A stretch of DNA of 64,000 nucleotides, taken from Phyllobates terribilis (Eukaryota). Every line of letters begins with the position of its first letter. The stretch's first letter is position 1. The translations under genes were made by a program, and so were the position numbers. The stretch covers positions 408,642,001 to 408,706,000 of the forward strand of contig NW_027362763.1 of the NCBI RefSeq assembly GCF_046119375.1, in the 5' to 3' direction. Under the pieces are notes generated by a model, which made no database searches, was not told the DNA's origin, and saw only the letters and a list, made by a program, of their open reading frames with translations. Shown here one piece after another: positions 34,605-47,169 of the stretch.

Positions 34605-36560
34605 CACTTTTTCCCCAAAAGAACAGTGAGGCACATAGTGTGCTTCGCATATGTAGTCTTTCAACCTCCGGCACGTCAGTTCGTCAATGCCAAAACATTA
34701 TCTGCAGCAGAGTAAGAGGCAGAAGCAATTTCTGGGAGTCCTTTAACACATTTTTTGCACCAGCTCACGCACCAGCACAACAGAGTACAAGTCTGACATG
34801 TGGTGAACAACTGGAGAGGGTTTGGACCCTTTTAAATTTTGGTCTTCAAAAATGGATGAATGGCCTGAGCTCGCCTCTCACGCCATGGAGGTTTTATCAT
34901 GCCCGGCAGCCAGCATTCTCTCTGAACGTGTCTTCAGCGCTGCTGGTAGTGTCTTGATGGATAATCACACCCAGCTGTCCCCTGAAAATGTAGACCGCCT
35001 AACTTTCATCAAGATGAACAAGTCATGAATCTCCAAGGACTTTTGCACCCCAATTGCAGACTGTACAGAGTAGGCGATGTTGTCGTTTTGAGTGTGCTGC
35101 ATTGATCTCTTGAAATTGCAGCCTGGAATATGGCTTCTGTGCCTGCTCTTGCTGCTGCTGAAGGTTTTAGGCCTTAATTTTGTGAAATGTGGAGAATTCT
35201 GATCATCTCTCCATCCATTGGGTTGGCTGTAGTAGGACAGGTTTGGGTCTGCATTAAACTACTTGTGGTCTGATGACATTGAGGTCACTTCGGTGGTGTT
35301 AGACCCTCATGTACGGCAATGTGAACACTCCTGGTTAGGTCTCCATCTCTTGGGTTGGCTGTACTGGAAGAGGTGTGGGTCTTATTTACACTATTTGTAA
35401 AGTAGTGAAATTGATGCCACTTGGCTGGCGTCTGCCACTAATTTTTTTAAATGTGGGTAATCCTGATTGTGTCTCCATCTATTAGGTTGGCTGTAGTGGA
35501 ACCTTCCTGTTCTGCAGTCTAAGTTGTGTAAGGTTGCGTACCAGTCCTTGCTGCACTCCTGATACAGACTCTGCCTGCTTCACTCCTGATACAGACTCTG
35601 CCTACTGCACTCTGATTCAGACTCTTCCTGCTGCACTCCTGATACAGTCTGCCTGCGGCATTCTGATACAGACTCTGCCTGCTGCACTCCTGGTACAGAC
35701 TCTTCCTGCTGAACTCCTGATACATACTCTGCCTGCTGCACTCCTGATACAGACTCTGCCTGCTGCACTCCTGATACAGACTCTGCCTGCTGCACTCCTG
35801 ATACAGACTCTGCTGATGCACTCCTGATACAGACTCTGCCTGCTGCACTCCTGATACAGACCCTGCCTGCTGCACTCCTAATACAGACTCTGCTGCTGCA
35901 CTCCTGATACAGACTCTGCCTGCTGCACTCCTGATACAGACCCTGCCTGCTGCACTCCTGATACAGACTCTGTCTGCTGCACTCCTGATACAGACTCTGC
36001 CTGCTGCACTCTTATACAGACTCTGCCTGCTGCACTCTGATACAGACTCTGCATGCTGCACCATCTGGTCTGTCTTACTGGGTCCAGCTGCTGCGCGTCC
36101 ATTGGTCTGTCCTGGAGTGGCACCTGGCATTCATCAGGAGTCAAGTCTAACCTCACCATTAGAGGCTCTAGTGAACAGTCCGATGCTCACTTAGTCACGC
36201 CCTTCCAGGCTCTCCGGGGTCCATGGCACAGGGGCTCCACAAACCACATCCACGACAGTGCGCCCTCGCAGGCAGGGTCCTCTCTCCTGTTGTACCCGGC
36301 GGTGACCCCTTTTGACATGTAAAGCACAACTAAATAAATGTCGCTGTCACAGTAATAATAATTATAGTACTTGTACTCTGGGTCAATTAATGGCACTTCC
36401 CTGGTGTCTACACCTAATTTGATGTACTTTGGCAGCTTTTGGTCCCGTTTCTAGGTATTGTATATGCATTTTTTTGGTCCCCCCATTGACTCCTATGGGA
36501 TTCGGAAATGTTCGACGAACATTCGACGAATAAATTTGGCAAATATCAATTTGTTTGCAT
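34605..36560 (+). mobile_element. Second hAT-A-family copy, right half only (transposase 3' end with hATC, L2 tail, truncated R end)
   Basis: 34605-35130 is homologous to 29620-30150; 36230-36530 is homologous to 33015-33290; the terminal TIR is missing. Confidence 0.8.
35548..36060. repeat. 27-bp minisatellite (CTGCTGCACTCCTGATACAGACTCTGC), ~19 copies
   Basis: Direct tandem repeats; these explain the spurious repetitive ORFs at 35519-36159. Confidence 0.93.
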
Positions 36561-38569
36561 TATAGAAAATGACTGACCAATAAATAAGTATAAAAGATTA
36601 AGAAATATTTATACTAAAGAAACAGCAAATTTTATTACAACATTTAGTATATGCGATAATACTACCTATTACTTATTAATAGTGATGAGCAAGTACCGTG
36701 ATATTCGTAATCGCTATACTCGTAATGAGTACTTTTTAATAATCACGTATTCGTTCCGAATACCGAGAACAATGTAAGTCAATGGGAAATGCGAGTACTT
36801 TTCTACTGGACCCTACAAAGGGGTCTGTGGGCCTAAGAAAAAGGCTGAAATGAAATGGATGGGAAAGTGATGAAACAGAATGGGAAGAACCTGGAGAATG
36901 TGCCTGCATGTATTTCTGACTCACATTATGGTTTTGGGTAATAAGTTTGTCGCAGTATTACGCCACTTTTACAGACACACAAGAACAACTACCAAACCTA
37001 ACCTAAATTGCATTCAAGAGGCCAAAAAGGTTAAGAAAGTTTTTCCTGCATAATCACTTGTAACTAAAGCTAAATAAACCAGAGAAACAAAAAAAAAGAT
37101 ACCCCTTTTAGAGTTTGTTCACACATACTGTTGTGGCTTTTTTTTCGTCTTTTACAATTGGGAGGGCCCTGACTTATACATTTTGTAGGTCCCTCTGTCA
37201 TACTTCATTTTTAGTTCGCTATTCCCCAGCAGTTTACAAGCACAGCTAGAACGCACCAGTAGGTATGTTGATTTTTGACCTGAGAGGCCTCAGGTGGCTC
37301 TGTAACATGCATTTTGGATGGACAGCTGTTACTTTTGGGTGGTCCCTGCATCATTGACACTCAGTTAGTGGAATACATATTCCATAGCAGTTTACAATGT
37401 GCCCATTGTAGCGTTGGGCTTGATCCTCCTCCTCCTCCTCCACCACCATGTGATACTGCGGCACTAAATTCAAATGTTCAGAGGGCCTGCAGTAGGCAAG
37501 AAAGCTGAGTTTTGTGAGAACCCTCCTGTGGCCCTGTAACATACATTTTGAAGTGCCCTCCTCTAGAAATTTTGGAGGTCCCTCTTGTGTGCATTTGAGA
37601 GTGTCCTCACTTATTCATATTGTAGGGCCCCCACTCTATTATTTAACTCATTTAAGGGCAGAGACTACAGAGAAAAAGGCCAAGAGACATGGAGTACTAG
37701 AAGGTAGCAGTGAGTGCGGCCTGCAATCCTCAGGTATGGCTGAAGTCTGTGAACCAGAAAAATAAAGCTGCACTAGTCAACTGGATGACGAGCTCAAATA
37801 TATCACTTGTGCAAGTCAATGGACAAAGGATATATGATGCCCCCCCACTAGGATGGGATGGAGAAGCTTCTCGAAATGGCTCAGAGATTTTGATTGTCAA
37901 TATTACTCAGATTATATAGCAAGAGAAGACTTCTTGATACTGTACTACTTGGTCCAGTGCAGAATGTGCATCATATTTCCAAAAATTACTTCTGGGGGAC
38001 AGTGTCATAGGTGTAGGAAGATTCCATGACAAGGGCCTCCCTTGACAAACATTATCTACGATGGGTTACTGTAGTAGTTGTGGCCTTCAGTTCAAGTTTT
38101 CAGAGGGCCATCAGTCGGTCATCAACAGTCAGGGTAAATTTCTATTGAATATATATCCCCTATCTCAGTCACAATGTGACACAAGCCAGGCATGTTTTTT
38201 TATGCCAAATAAGGTGACTGACAGTACATTTCTATTGAATATGTATCCCCTATCTCAGTCACAATGTGGCACAATCTGTGACAAGGGCCTCCAATGACAA
38301 ATATTAGTTTGGTAGGACCACTGTACATTCCAGATTTGTCCACTCCACAATGTGCATAGGGTTTGTAAAACTTAGCACTATAGGCTGAGTCATGGCTGAC
38401 ACAGGAAGCCACCATCCCAAGGGCCTTCAATCACAAATAGTAGTTAGGCTGGAGTAGAAATACTGTCCTGGTTTGTCTACTGCACAATGTGCATAGGGTT
38501 TGTAAAAATTAGCCCTTGGGCTGAGTCATGGTTGACTAACTATTTTGGCTGTGACAGCTAGCTTGGCTT

Positions 38570-40745
38570 GTGCCATCAACATCTGAAAATCTGTCAACAA
38601 AACCCAAAATGCCAAAACGCCTGTTCTTAAGGGACATGGACGTTGTGTTGTCAGTAATGCGCGAGAAGGCACTCAGTCTGTGTCAGGTCAGAAGAAGCTT
38701 GATGCATCCACTATGTTCCTGGAAAAATTTCCCGGTCTGGATCGTAAACGTGTGTGGAAGCCAGAAGAGCGAGAGCAGATTCTGTCTTGGATAGCAGACA
38801 AGGCCTCTACACATAATCTCAAAGAGGAAGCTTTGAGTGCCCAGCATGTTGGTATGGAGCCAGATTTCCCAATGGGTGATACTACCCAGCAACATTTGGT
38901 GATGAGGAGGAAGATGAGGAGGATGAGGAGGGAGAGGGCTTATTTTTCTATGCTACTGAGGGGACTCCTAATGCTACAGAGGGGACACCCAACCCAAGCT
39001 TCATGTCTGTCCAGCCTGGATGGGCTGGAGAGGAGGAGGTGGAGGAGGAGGAGGAGGCGAGTCAGCGTGAGGAGAGGATGGGTACTGTTTCTACTGTTGG
39101 GGACACAGAACATTTGCCTTTTTGCAGCTTGGCTCACATGGCACAGTTCATGTGTAAGTGTTTGTGGCAAGACCCTCACATGATAAACATTTTATCCAAC
39201 AATAATAATAATAATAATTTTAATTTATATAGCAGCGCCAACATATTCCTCAGCACTTTACAATTAAGCGGGGACAAGTACATACAATAAATTCAATACA
39301 AAGTAAGACAATTTAAACAGTTACATTAGGAGTGAGGACCCTGCTCGCAATATTACATTCTACATAAAAATGGGTGGACACAATAGGTGAATAGTGCTTG
39401 TTATTTCAGGTCTGGCAACTATAATAAGTAGGGATTTTCATATAAAGCTGCATGATCCGGTCATCAGCCAGTATGCTTACGTGCAATAATTAAGTATTGA
39501 GTGCAGTTATCATGTGCATGGAGGGTGTGGAGATGGATGAATAGTAGGGTGCAGATTCTGAATAATATTTAGAAGGAGAGAACAGGGGAAAGTTAGTTTA
39601 CTGAGTAGTTGAGGTGGTAAGCTTGTTTAAAGAGATGGGTTTTTAAAGCACGCTTGAAGACGTGGGAGCTAGGAATCAGTCGGATCGTCTGAGGTAGAGC
39701 ATTCCAGAGAACTGGTGCAGCATGAGAGAAGTCTTGGAGACGGAGGTGTGAGGTTCGGATTATGGGGGATGTTAGTCTTAGGTCATTTGTAGAATGGAGG
39801 GCATGTGTAGGGTGATAGACAGAGATGAGAGAGAAGATATAAGATTGTGGAGAGCTTTGTTTGTGAGAGTGATGAGTTTATATTGGACCCTGTAGCGAAT
39901 GGACAACCAGTGTAATGACAGGCACAAGATGGAGGCATTGGTGAAGCGGCTGGACAGAAATATGACCCTGGCTGCCGCATTCAGGACGGATTGGAGAGGA
40001 GAAAGTTTGGTAAGAGGGAGACCAATCAGTAGAGAGTTGCAGTAGTCCAGATGAGAGTGAATAAGAGCGACAGTAAGAGTTTTAGCAGTTTCAAAGGTGA
40101 GAAAAGGTCAGATTCTAGAGATGTTTTTAAGGTGCAGGTAACAAGGGCGACCTATACTGGTTGGCCACCTTTCTCGATCCACGGTACAAGGAGAAATTTC
40201 CTTCTCTCCTTTTGAAGTCACCATAGAGTTTTACAATGGAATCGTTCAAGAGGGCCATTGTATAGCAGTTGCTGAAAACATCACCCTCAGACAATGCTGG
40301 TGGCAGAGGTACCGACTCTTTTCAACACCAAGGGATAATGGGGAGAGACACGAACACGAGCTCCAACAGAGGTGGGGGGAAAATGTGCACAAGTTGAGCA
40401 ATTTTCAATAAACCAGCACAGCAGAAAGGGCTATCTGTGCCTGTAACAATGCCAAGGAGGGATAAGTTACAGAACATGGTTAAGGGGTACTTAAGTGACC
40501 ATATGTGCGTCCTTTCTGACGCTTCAGTTCCCTTTAATTATTATATGCCTTGGAGATGCTGGCCTGCTCGGCTGCTAGTGTGGTGTCAGAGAGTGTTTTC
40601 AGTTCCTCTGGGGAAATCATTACTGATAGGCGCACACGCCTCCCAAGGAAAATGCAGACAGACTTACTCTGATTAAATTCAACAAGGACTGGATGTCTCC
40701 ATAGTTTGTAATCCCTCCAGATGACAGCAAGCCAACCTAAATTCA
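38570..40745 (+). pseudogene. hAT-D transposase remnant: N-terminus plus C-terminus, catalytic core deleted, L2 inserted
   Basis: PEEREQILSWIADKAST; acidic tract joined directly to GDTEHLPFCSLAHMAQFMCKCL..DP; degenerate hATC region at ~40540-40700. Confidence 0.7.
39198..40150 (-). mobile_element. 5'-truncated L2 LINE inserted in the hAT-D transposase
   Basis: (TTA)n tail at 39198-39220. Minus strand translates TAKTLTVALIHSHLDYCNSLLIGLP...LQSVLNAAARVIF and RLQDFSHAAPVLWNALPQTIRLIPSSHVFKRALKTHLFKQAY. Confidence 0.9.
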
Positions 40746-42299
40746 CCAAAAAAGCAGATTCATGCTACTGCTGTTAATGTAACCCCCTTCCCATAAAAAC
40801 CCATTTCTTTCCTTCGTCAACCATGACTCAGCCCATAGGGCTAATTTTTACAAACCCTATGACGTTGTGCAGTAGACAAACCAGGACAGTATTCCTACTC
40901 CAGCCTAACTACTATTTGTGATTGGAGGCGCTTGGGATGGTGGCTTCCTGCGTCAATCATGACTCAGCCCATAGGGCTAATTTTTACAAAGCCTATGCGC
41001 ATTGTGCAGTGGACAAACCAGGACAATATTCCTATACCAGCCTAACTACTATTTGTGATTGGTGGCCCATGGGATGGTGGCTTCCAAAATAGTGGGTAAA
41101 ATGGGACAGAAGTCAGGCTGTCACCCCAAAAACTGCGGGGAAAATGGCCTGGTGCATGCTTGGCAGCAAGCAGTAGGATATGTTTGGACTACTGCTTTGC
41201 ATAGGGCACTAAACGCCTTTTTAAGTGGACTAATGTGGACAGAAGGCAGGCTGTCACCCTCAAAACAGCGAGAAAATGGCCTGGTGCATGTGTGTTAGCA
41301 GACAGAAGGAAATGCTTGGACTACTGCTTTGCGTAGGGCACTAAACACCTTTTTAAGTGGACTAATGTGGACAGCAGAAGCCAGGCTCTGACCACTAAAA
41401 CAGTGGAGAAAATAGACCAGTGCTTTTTAAAAAAAAGGCAGCACAAAATGCTACTTCTGTGTGTGCTGGAAAAATATTGCTTTGCCTCTGGCAAGAGCTG
41501 TTTTAAGATGGACACTGGAAGAACACTTTAACCTCTCCCTACCAAATACACAATCTCTCCCTCCCTGTACTCTGACTTTGTTGTGTGTCTTCAGCTCTGA
41601 AAAGAGCTATTTTTTGGTGGTATTATGGAGCTAGTGAGCGGCTCCTTTAAACTGTCCCTGCTCAAGTATCTCTCCCTCCCTACTCTACACAGAGCTAGTA
41701 TACACTGCAGGTAGCTCTTAAAAGGGCTTTTGTTTTATCAAGAGGCCTAAACACTCTCCCTAGCAGCTCAGCAATCTTTCCCTATGCTTGTAGAACGCTG
41801 GCTCCGGACTCAATGTGCACAAAATGGCGGTGACAGGGCTTAAATAGACCCTATGACGCTGGGCGGCCAGCCAATCACAGTAATGCCACAACCAAGATGT
41901 CTGCTTCATTGCTGTGATCGGTTAAGAAGCCCAGCATGTTTATTGGCTGCAAAGGAGGAGCCAAAACTGCAGGGCGGGACATCCGAATATAGCGAGGCGA
42001 GTACACAAATACTTGCAATATAACAAATAAACCAAATACCGTACTATCCGTGCGAATAGTGAATAGTAACGAATACACTCGCTCATCACTACCTACTAAT
42101 TCTTTTAATAAACCTCATAATACTTAAAAATTGGCAAATTACAAATAAGGGCTCCAACGCTTTGCAGTACTTTTTAATGTAGCCAACTGAAAAGTGATAT
42201 GATTGACCACAAATAGGCCATGTGAACAAGCAAATGACTAGCACTATCAGTAAATAGAGGTTCTGTGCCATACACATGAAAAAAGAAGTACTAAGAAAT

Positions 42300-43790
42300 G
42301 AAGTCTGCATGCAAAAAAGTTAAATATTTTTTGAATATATAAGATGAACTAAAGAACATTAAAATATTTGAAACTAAAAAAGGGAGAAGGGGAGACTTTT
42401 TTGCAAATGAACAAATCCCCATAGAGAATATGTATGGAGATTAAAACAAATTCCCTATGAGACCAAATTAAGGCTAAACAGATATAACAAGGTTACAGAA
42501 TCAAAAGCCAAACATGACACATATGCATACAAATGCATAAATGAAAATGGCAATATGTAATGGCTAAGGTAAACCAACAGGTCATAAGTATGTAATAAAT
42601 AGAAGGGGGAAATAAACATAAGCATAAATATAAATACCAGATAAGGAAATCTACAATACCTTGAGGCATAGTAATTAAAGAGATTCAGGTGGAGATGGAG
42701 ACACCAGCCTAATCTAAGTGAACATCTTCCCTTACTCCTCTTTACCTAATATATTTTATGCCTCAAGGTATTGTAATCTTTATTAGTTTTGCCCCTTGAA
42801 TAAGAAAGGGTGAAACGTGCATTGGGGTGGCGGGGACCTCACATAAGCAGCAGCATTACATGTAAGTGCTTTATAAGATTATAACAGTAAGTATATATTG
42901 CAAAGAGTCACTTTATATCCTTAGCAGGTTACCAATTGCACTATTATATAAGTTATGTATATTTTGCTGGTATAAGTGTATATATTGTATACCCGCATTT
43001 AAATAGCAGCATTTAGTTGTATAATATTATTTTTTATTTTATTTAACTAATAAAGATGAATTGTGGTCTCATATACTCTGGGTGTTTGGGCTTGTCTTCA
43101 TTCCCACAGTTATGCTTTAATGATACTTTTTGAGTTATGTTCCTTGTTATAAATTATATGACTCCATATGGGATTTTACTTAGTGTCTTCTATTTATTAC
43201 AGTATATACCTATGACCTGTTGGTTCTTCATAGTCATTACATAGTAATAGTCATTACATATTTCCATTTGCATTTATGCTTTTGTCTGTATGTGTATCGA
43301 TTTTGATTCTGTAACCATCTTACCTATACTGTATCTGTTTTTGCTTATAGAGAATTTGTTTTCATTTCCATACATATTTTCTATGGGGATTTGTTCATGT
43401 GCAAAAAAAGTATTTTTCCACTTCACCCCTTTTTTGTTTTTTTTTAAATGTTTTTAATGTTATTTGGTTCACTTTATATATTCAATAAATATTTAACTTT
43501 TTTGCATGTAGTACTTATGATTTACCAGAAAATAACTCAAACCAAAGGATGTTATAAATATAAATGTAATAAGATAAAGTGTCTCAGTTGCAAAATGATT
43601 TTTAACACTTTTTTAACATACATCTCCAACACCACTACGGAATCATTCAACAGAAAATATAATTTAGACTGCCAAACAAAATATTTAGTTCATCTCATAA
43701 AATGTTCATGCCATAAACAATACGTAGGGAGAACAACCCAACCACTACACATCACCAGCTAAAACAAGCACATATCAAATATTAATAATG
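42300..43790 (+). mobile_element. Penelope-like element remnant: inverted AT-rich arms, degenerate hammerhead motif, GIY-YIG endonuclease fragment
   Basis: 43540-43790 translates KCLSCKM...KYNLDCQTKYLVHLIKCSCHKQYVGRTTQPL...KHISNI (PLE GIY-YIG). CCCCTTGAATAAG..GTGAAACGTGCATTGGGG at 42792-42827. 42300-42610 is inverted relative to 43180-43520. Confidence 0.65.
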
Positions 43791-43795
43791 GCTGC

Positions 43796-44390
43796 TAAAG
43801 ATGAGCGGAACAATCTGCAAAGGATAATGTTCTAGTCAAATTTACTGAAATACATGCACATTCGAACACTCTGCAATTTGATTTGTGAGGATCAGCAAAA
43901 AAAAAATGCCCAGCATCACTTCATGCACTGTTGAAGACTCAGTGAGTGGGCTAATGGTGACAGGCTTAGTCATGCGGGCTTCCCCATAATGCCCTGCAGC
44001 CATCACATCACAGCCAATCAGAGGGGCTGTCACAGCCAGTAAAAAAAATGTGAGAACCATTTTTTGCTTGTACTATGTAGTGATAGAAGGTCAGGGCACA
44101 CAGCATAATGATAGAAATAAGCCTAATTCTATTGTGATGTGCTAATCAGTGCTAAAAAAGCGGATTGAAAATGGGAGAGATAGTCTCAGTCTGTGAATAC
44201 TAATCCAAAGATTCAAGTAATACACAGGGAAGTGCTGTAGCTGTATAATCACTCAGTGTGAATGAGGATAAATTGATTAATCTGTCGTATACTACAGTAA
44301 CAGCACCTTAATAGCTGTATTTTTTATATTTGTTCACAAAATGCAAACAAAGAGGAGAAATTTTAAAGCCTTCAATTCTAATTTTGCTAC
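43796..44390 (+). mobile_element. Orphan hAT-type terminus inserted into the PLE GIY-YIG fragment
   Basis: TAAAGATGAGCG resembles the TAGAGATGAGCG TIR and a CCAATCAG motif lies at ~44014. No partner end with a matching TSD was found. Confidence 0.4.
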
Positions 44391-44397
44391 TAATATG

Positions 44398-45594
44398 TGT
44401 GAAGACACGGGGTCTTCTGTGGGCATAATACTAAGACAACACAAGGTGAGGGTTAAACAGTGTGGCCATACTTTATTGAACCACCAAACAGACAATAACA
44501 TATAGAACAGTCCCATCAAATACCCAAGATGGTGCAAAATTACACAGTCTCACCCTTTCCATGGCCCGCTGGGAATAGATCAACTGCAACTTTGGGACTT
44601 CCAGGGCCAACTATCTCAACCAGTGGCCCCCCGCTTTTGGTGGGCACCCACAGAGAGGAGGTAGCGGTAAGCTTAGGAAGCTGACAGTCCATTGAGGTAC
44701 GTGACCAGGAGACCCAAAGATTCCACCCTGGCTCCGAACATATCCATGGATCCAGGTGACCAGATTGTTCCAACCTGGATTTTTCCGAGTGTATCCATGG
44801 GTTCCAGGTGACTGGATGGTCCTAACCTGGCTAACCTAAACATATCCATGGGACTAGGTGACCGGAGGGTCACAATCCTGGCTTTATTCAAACGTCTCCA
44901 TGGGACCAGCCAACCTGGCGTTTCAGAACATATCCATGGGAACAGGTGACCAGAGGGTCACAATCCTGGTTTCCCCAAACGTCTCCATAGGGTCAGTGAT
45001 GTTCAATGGAGCAAATCTGTATCCTTCCAGCCTGGGCAGTGTTCCCTTAGGCTGGCATCCTTTTGAATCCAAATCTGTGCCCCTCTGGATGGAGCTATGC
45101 TACCAAGCTGCTGTCCTTAAGAATCTTTCTGATTCTCTCTTCAGCATGATAGAAATCCCTGTTTATATGTACACCTGTGGCTCAGGTCATCATTCCCAGG
45201 TGAGGGGGGAAGGTGCAGGGCTCATGTCTCATTGTTTGTGCATTTAATCAATTTGGCATAGTTTGAATCCCCCTTCTCTGTAAATAAATAAACTAGCTGG
45301 CCTAGTACAATATGTAATTAGAATATTAACAAACATCATTGTTCCCCAACCCTCAGTCACTGTCCTCCATACAATAAGTTGCAGTAAATATCAACTTAAA
45401 TGTCAACATTCAGGGTTATACAAATACTAGTCTGTCCTTCTTGACACACCAAAGAAAAACACATAAATTCAAAAGTCAACACAAAGATAATAGTGTATTT
45501 CTCCTGGCTTAACAAATCTAGACATCTGGGTAATTAAGATTAGAAGCTGTGTCATCACAATATGAAATTCTGAATTCAAAGCTTCTGTGTCACA
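44398..45594 (-). mobile_element. Probable solo LTR (~1.2 kb) with internal ~75-bp repeats
   Basis: TGTGA...TCACA termini; flanks TATG and TACA (both derivable from TACG by CpG decay); TTTATT at ~44472; CATATCCATGGG..GGTGACC repeats at 44740-44990. Confidence 0.5.
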
Positions 45595-45599
45595 TACAG

Positions 45600-45900
45600 C
45601 AGCAGCCACAGCAGCATAGAGTATGTCAGTGACTCCACCACACCAGCATAAAGAATGTCAGCGACTCCGCCACAGTGACACACAGAATGTCAGTGACTCT
45701 GCCACAGCAGTACAGAGTATGTCAGTGACTCTGCCACAGCAGCGCAGAGTATGTCAGAGATTTCCCCACAGCAGCACTCAGTATGTCAGTGACCCCGCCA
45801 CAGAATCTGTCTGTCTCTCTCTGTTTGTCTCTCTTTTTCTCTCTCTGTGAATCTCTCTCTGTCTCTCTCTGTGTATCTGTCTCTCTCTGTGTATATCTTT
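45600..45900. repeat. ~30-bp minisatellite (CACAGCAGCA.AGAGTATGTCAGTGACTC.GC) followed by a CT/GT microsatellite
   Basis: Direct repeats at 45605-45805 and (CT)n-rich sequence at 45805-45900. Confidence 0.8.
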
Positions 45901-46029
45901 GTGTGTGATGTTGAGGTGGAGGAAAAGGAGGAGAGGCCACTTGCAGCAGTGCATGCCTTCCACTGGAGTACATGCTCTTTCTGGCCCTCATCAACAGGTG
46001 GTAGTGGAGTATCCTGTCCAGTAACAGAA

Positions 46030-46975
46030 TGTTAGGCCGGTACGCAGGAGAAAGGCTTTCTCAAGGCGTCCGGCCAGGCCCTTTCCTGCTGGTCAGTAAT
46101 TGTCAGCATTTAGGTTCCGTTCTAGGGATTCTAAGTGTGGTTTCTGTGTTTCTGCTCATGTGCTGCAAAGCCACGCCCCCTTGTGTTCATGTGTCACTTA
46201 ACCACGCCCCTTGAGGGCATGTATCACTAAGCCACGCCCATTCCGATCATGTGCCGCTAAGCCACGCCCCCTGATGTCTGGTACAGCGTGGTTGGTTGTC
46301 TTGGGGGGCTGGGGCTGTCTCTAGTGTATTTAAGGGCCTAGTCTATCTCTTTCTAACCTGGAGTGAGGTCTCTGGCAGTAAATGCAGTGTGTGTGAGTCG
46401 TTGTCAAGGGTTCCTGCTGTGTGCTCCCTAGTCATCCTAGTCATCAATTAGGGCTAGGGGAATGCTGTGAGCAGCACGCTCTACCGTGTTGGTTCACCGG
46501 TTGGTGTCCAAGCCACGGAGGCGTCCTCGCTACCGATCCAGTGTTCCAGGTCTCCGCCATTGTATGTGTGGTCACACTGCTACTTTTACACCCATGTGTT
46601 GGGTGCTGCAGAAATCTTCCTCCTCTTTAGGAACTTAAGTTCCAGGCCTTTCCTGGCCTGCAGCTATCTGCAGCTCTATACGCCGCCATCTAGTGCTCGG
46701 GCGTTTCATGCTGCCAAATCCTTCCTGCTCTGCACAGCGGTGTCTTGCAGTGCAGAAATTTATTAGTTTGGTTTCTGGAGTGTTGCTAACTCCCAGCATT
46801 GTACCTTGTTTAGTTACTACTTGTGTGTGCACTTAACACACTAGTTTATTTCTTTCTCTGTGCTTAGCTGAACATTCCTCTGGACTCAGCTGCTGCAGCT
46901 CCTCTGCAGTCCGGTGGACCCCGACGTGTCCTTTAAGTTGTATTTTATTTTATTAAAGGACAAGCCAGCGTAACA
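46030..46975 (+). mobile_element. Solo LTR (946 bp)
   Basis: TGTTAGG...CGTAACA termini; exact 5-bp TSD CAGAA (46025-46029 and 46976-46980); TATTTAA at ~46326; ATTAAA at ~46952. Confidence 0.88.
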
Positions 46976-47169
46976 CAGAAGTTGTCAGTTGTCTTTGGAT
47001 AGGACGTGACCTTGAAAACACAGCCTATTCACCCTTCCGCCCACGACCTCACCTTTTCCCACTCATGTTGCTCATATAGTGTGGGAGGAGAACGCTATTG
47101 GCAACCAAAGATTAGATTTTTTACTCTGCACCAGCTCCGCAAACACCTGAATTTCAGTGGCACTAAAGA

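Larger units (their letters stand above)
38336..41016. repeat. ~200-bp inverted repeat pair (38336-38536 and 40816-41016) bracketing the hAT-D transposase
   Basis: The reverse complement of the left arm (GTCAACCATGACTCAGCCCAAGGGCTAATTTTTACAAACCCTATGCACATTGTGCAGTAGACAAACCAGGACAGTATTTCTACTCCAGCCTAACTACTATTTGTGATTG...) matches 40816 onward at ~90% by eye. Confidence 0.88.
36680..42091 (+). mobile_element. hAT-D: old, internally deleted hAT transposon (R end at 36680, L end at 42091; transposase on +)
   Basis: TIRs TAGTGATGAGCAAGT and ACTCGCTCATCACTA; flanks CTTATTAA and CCTACTAA (6/8, a diverged TSD). 36740-36900 is homologous to the reverse complement of the hAT-C R end; 41820-41930 carries the L-end cassette on the minus strand. 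Confidence 0.75.

Noticed and set aside
35519-36159. Repetitive ORFs (203, 97, 93 and 71 aa)
   Set aside because: These are translations of a 27-bp minisatellite whose unit length is a multiple of 3.
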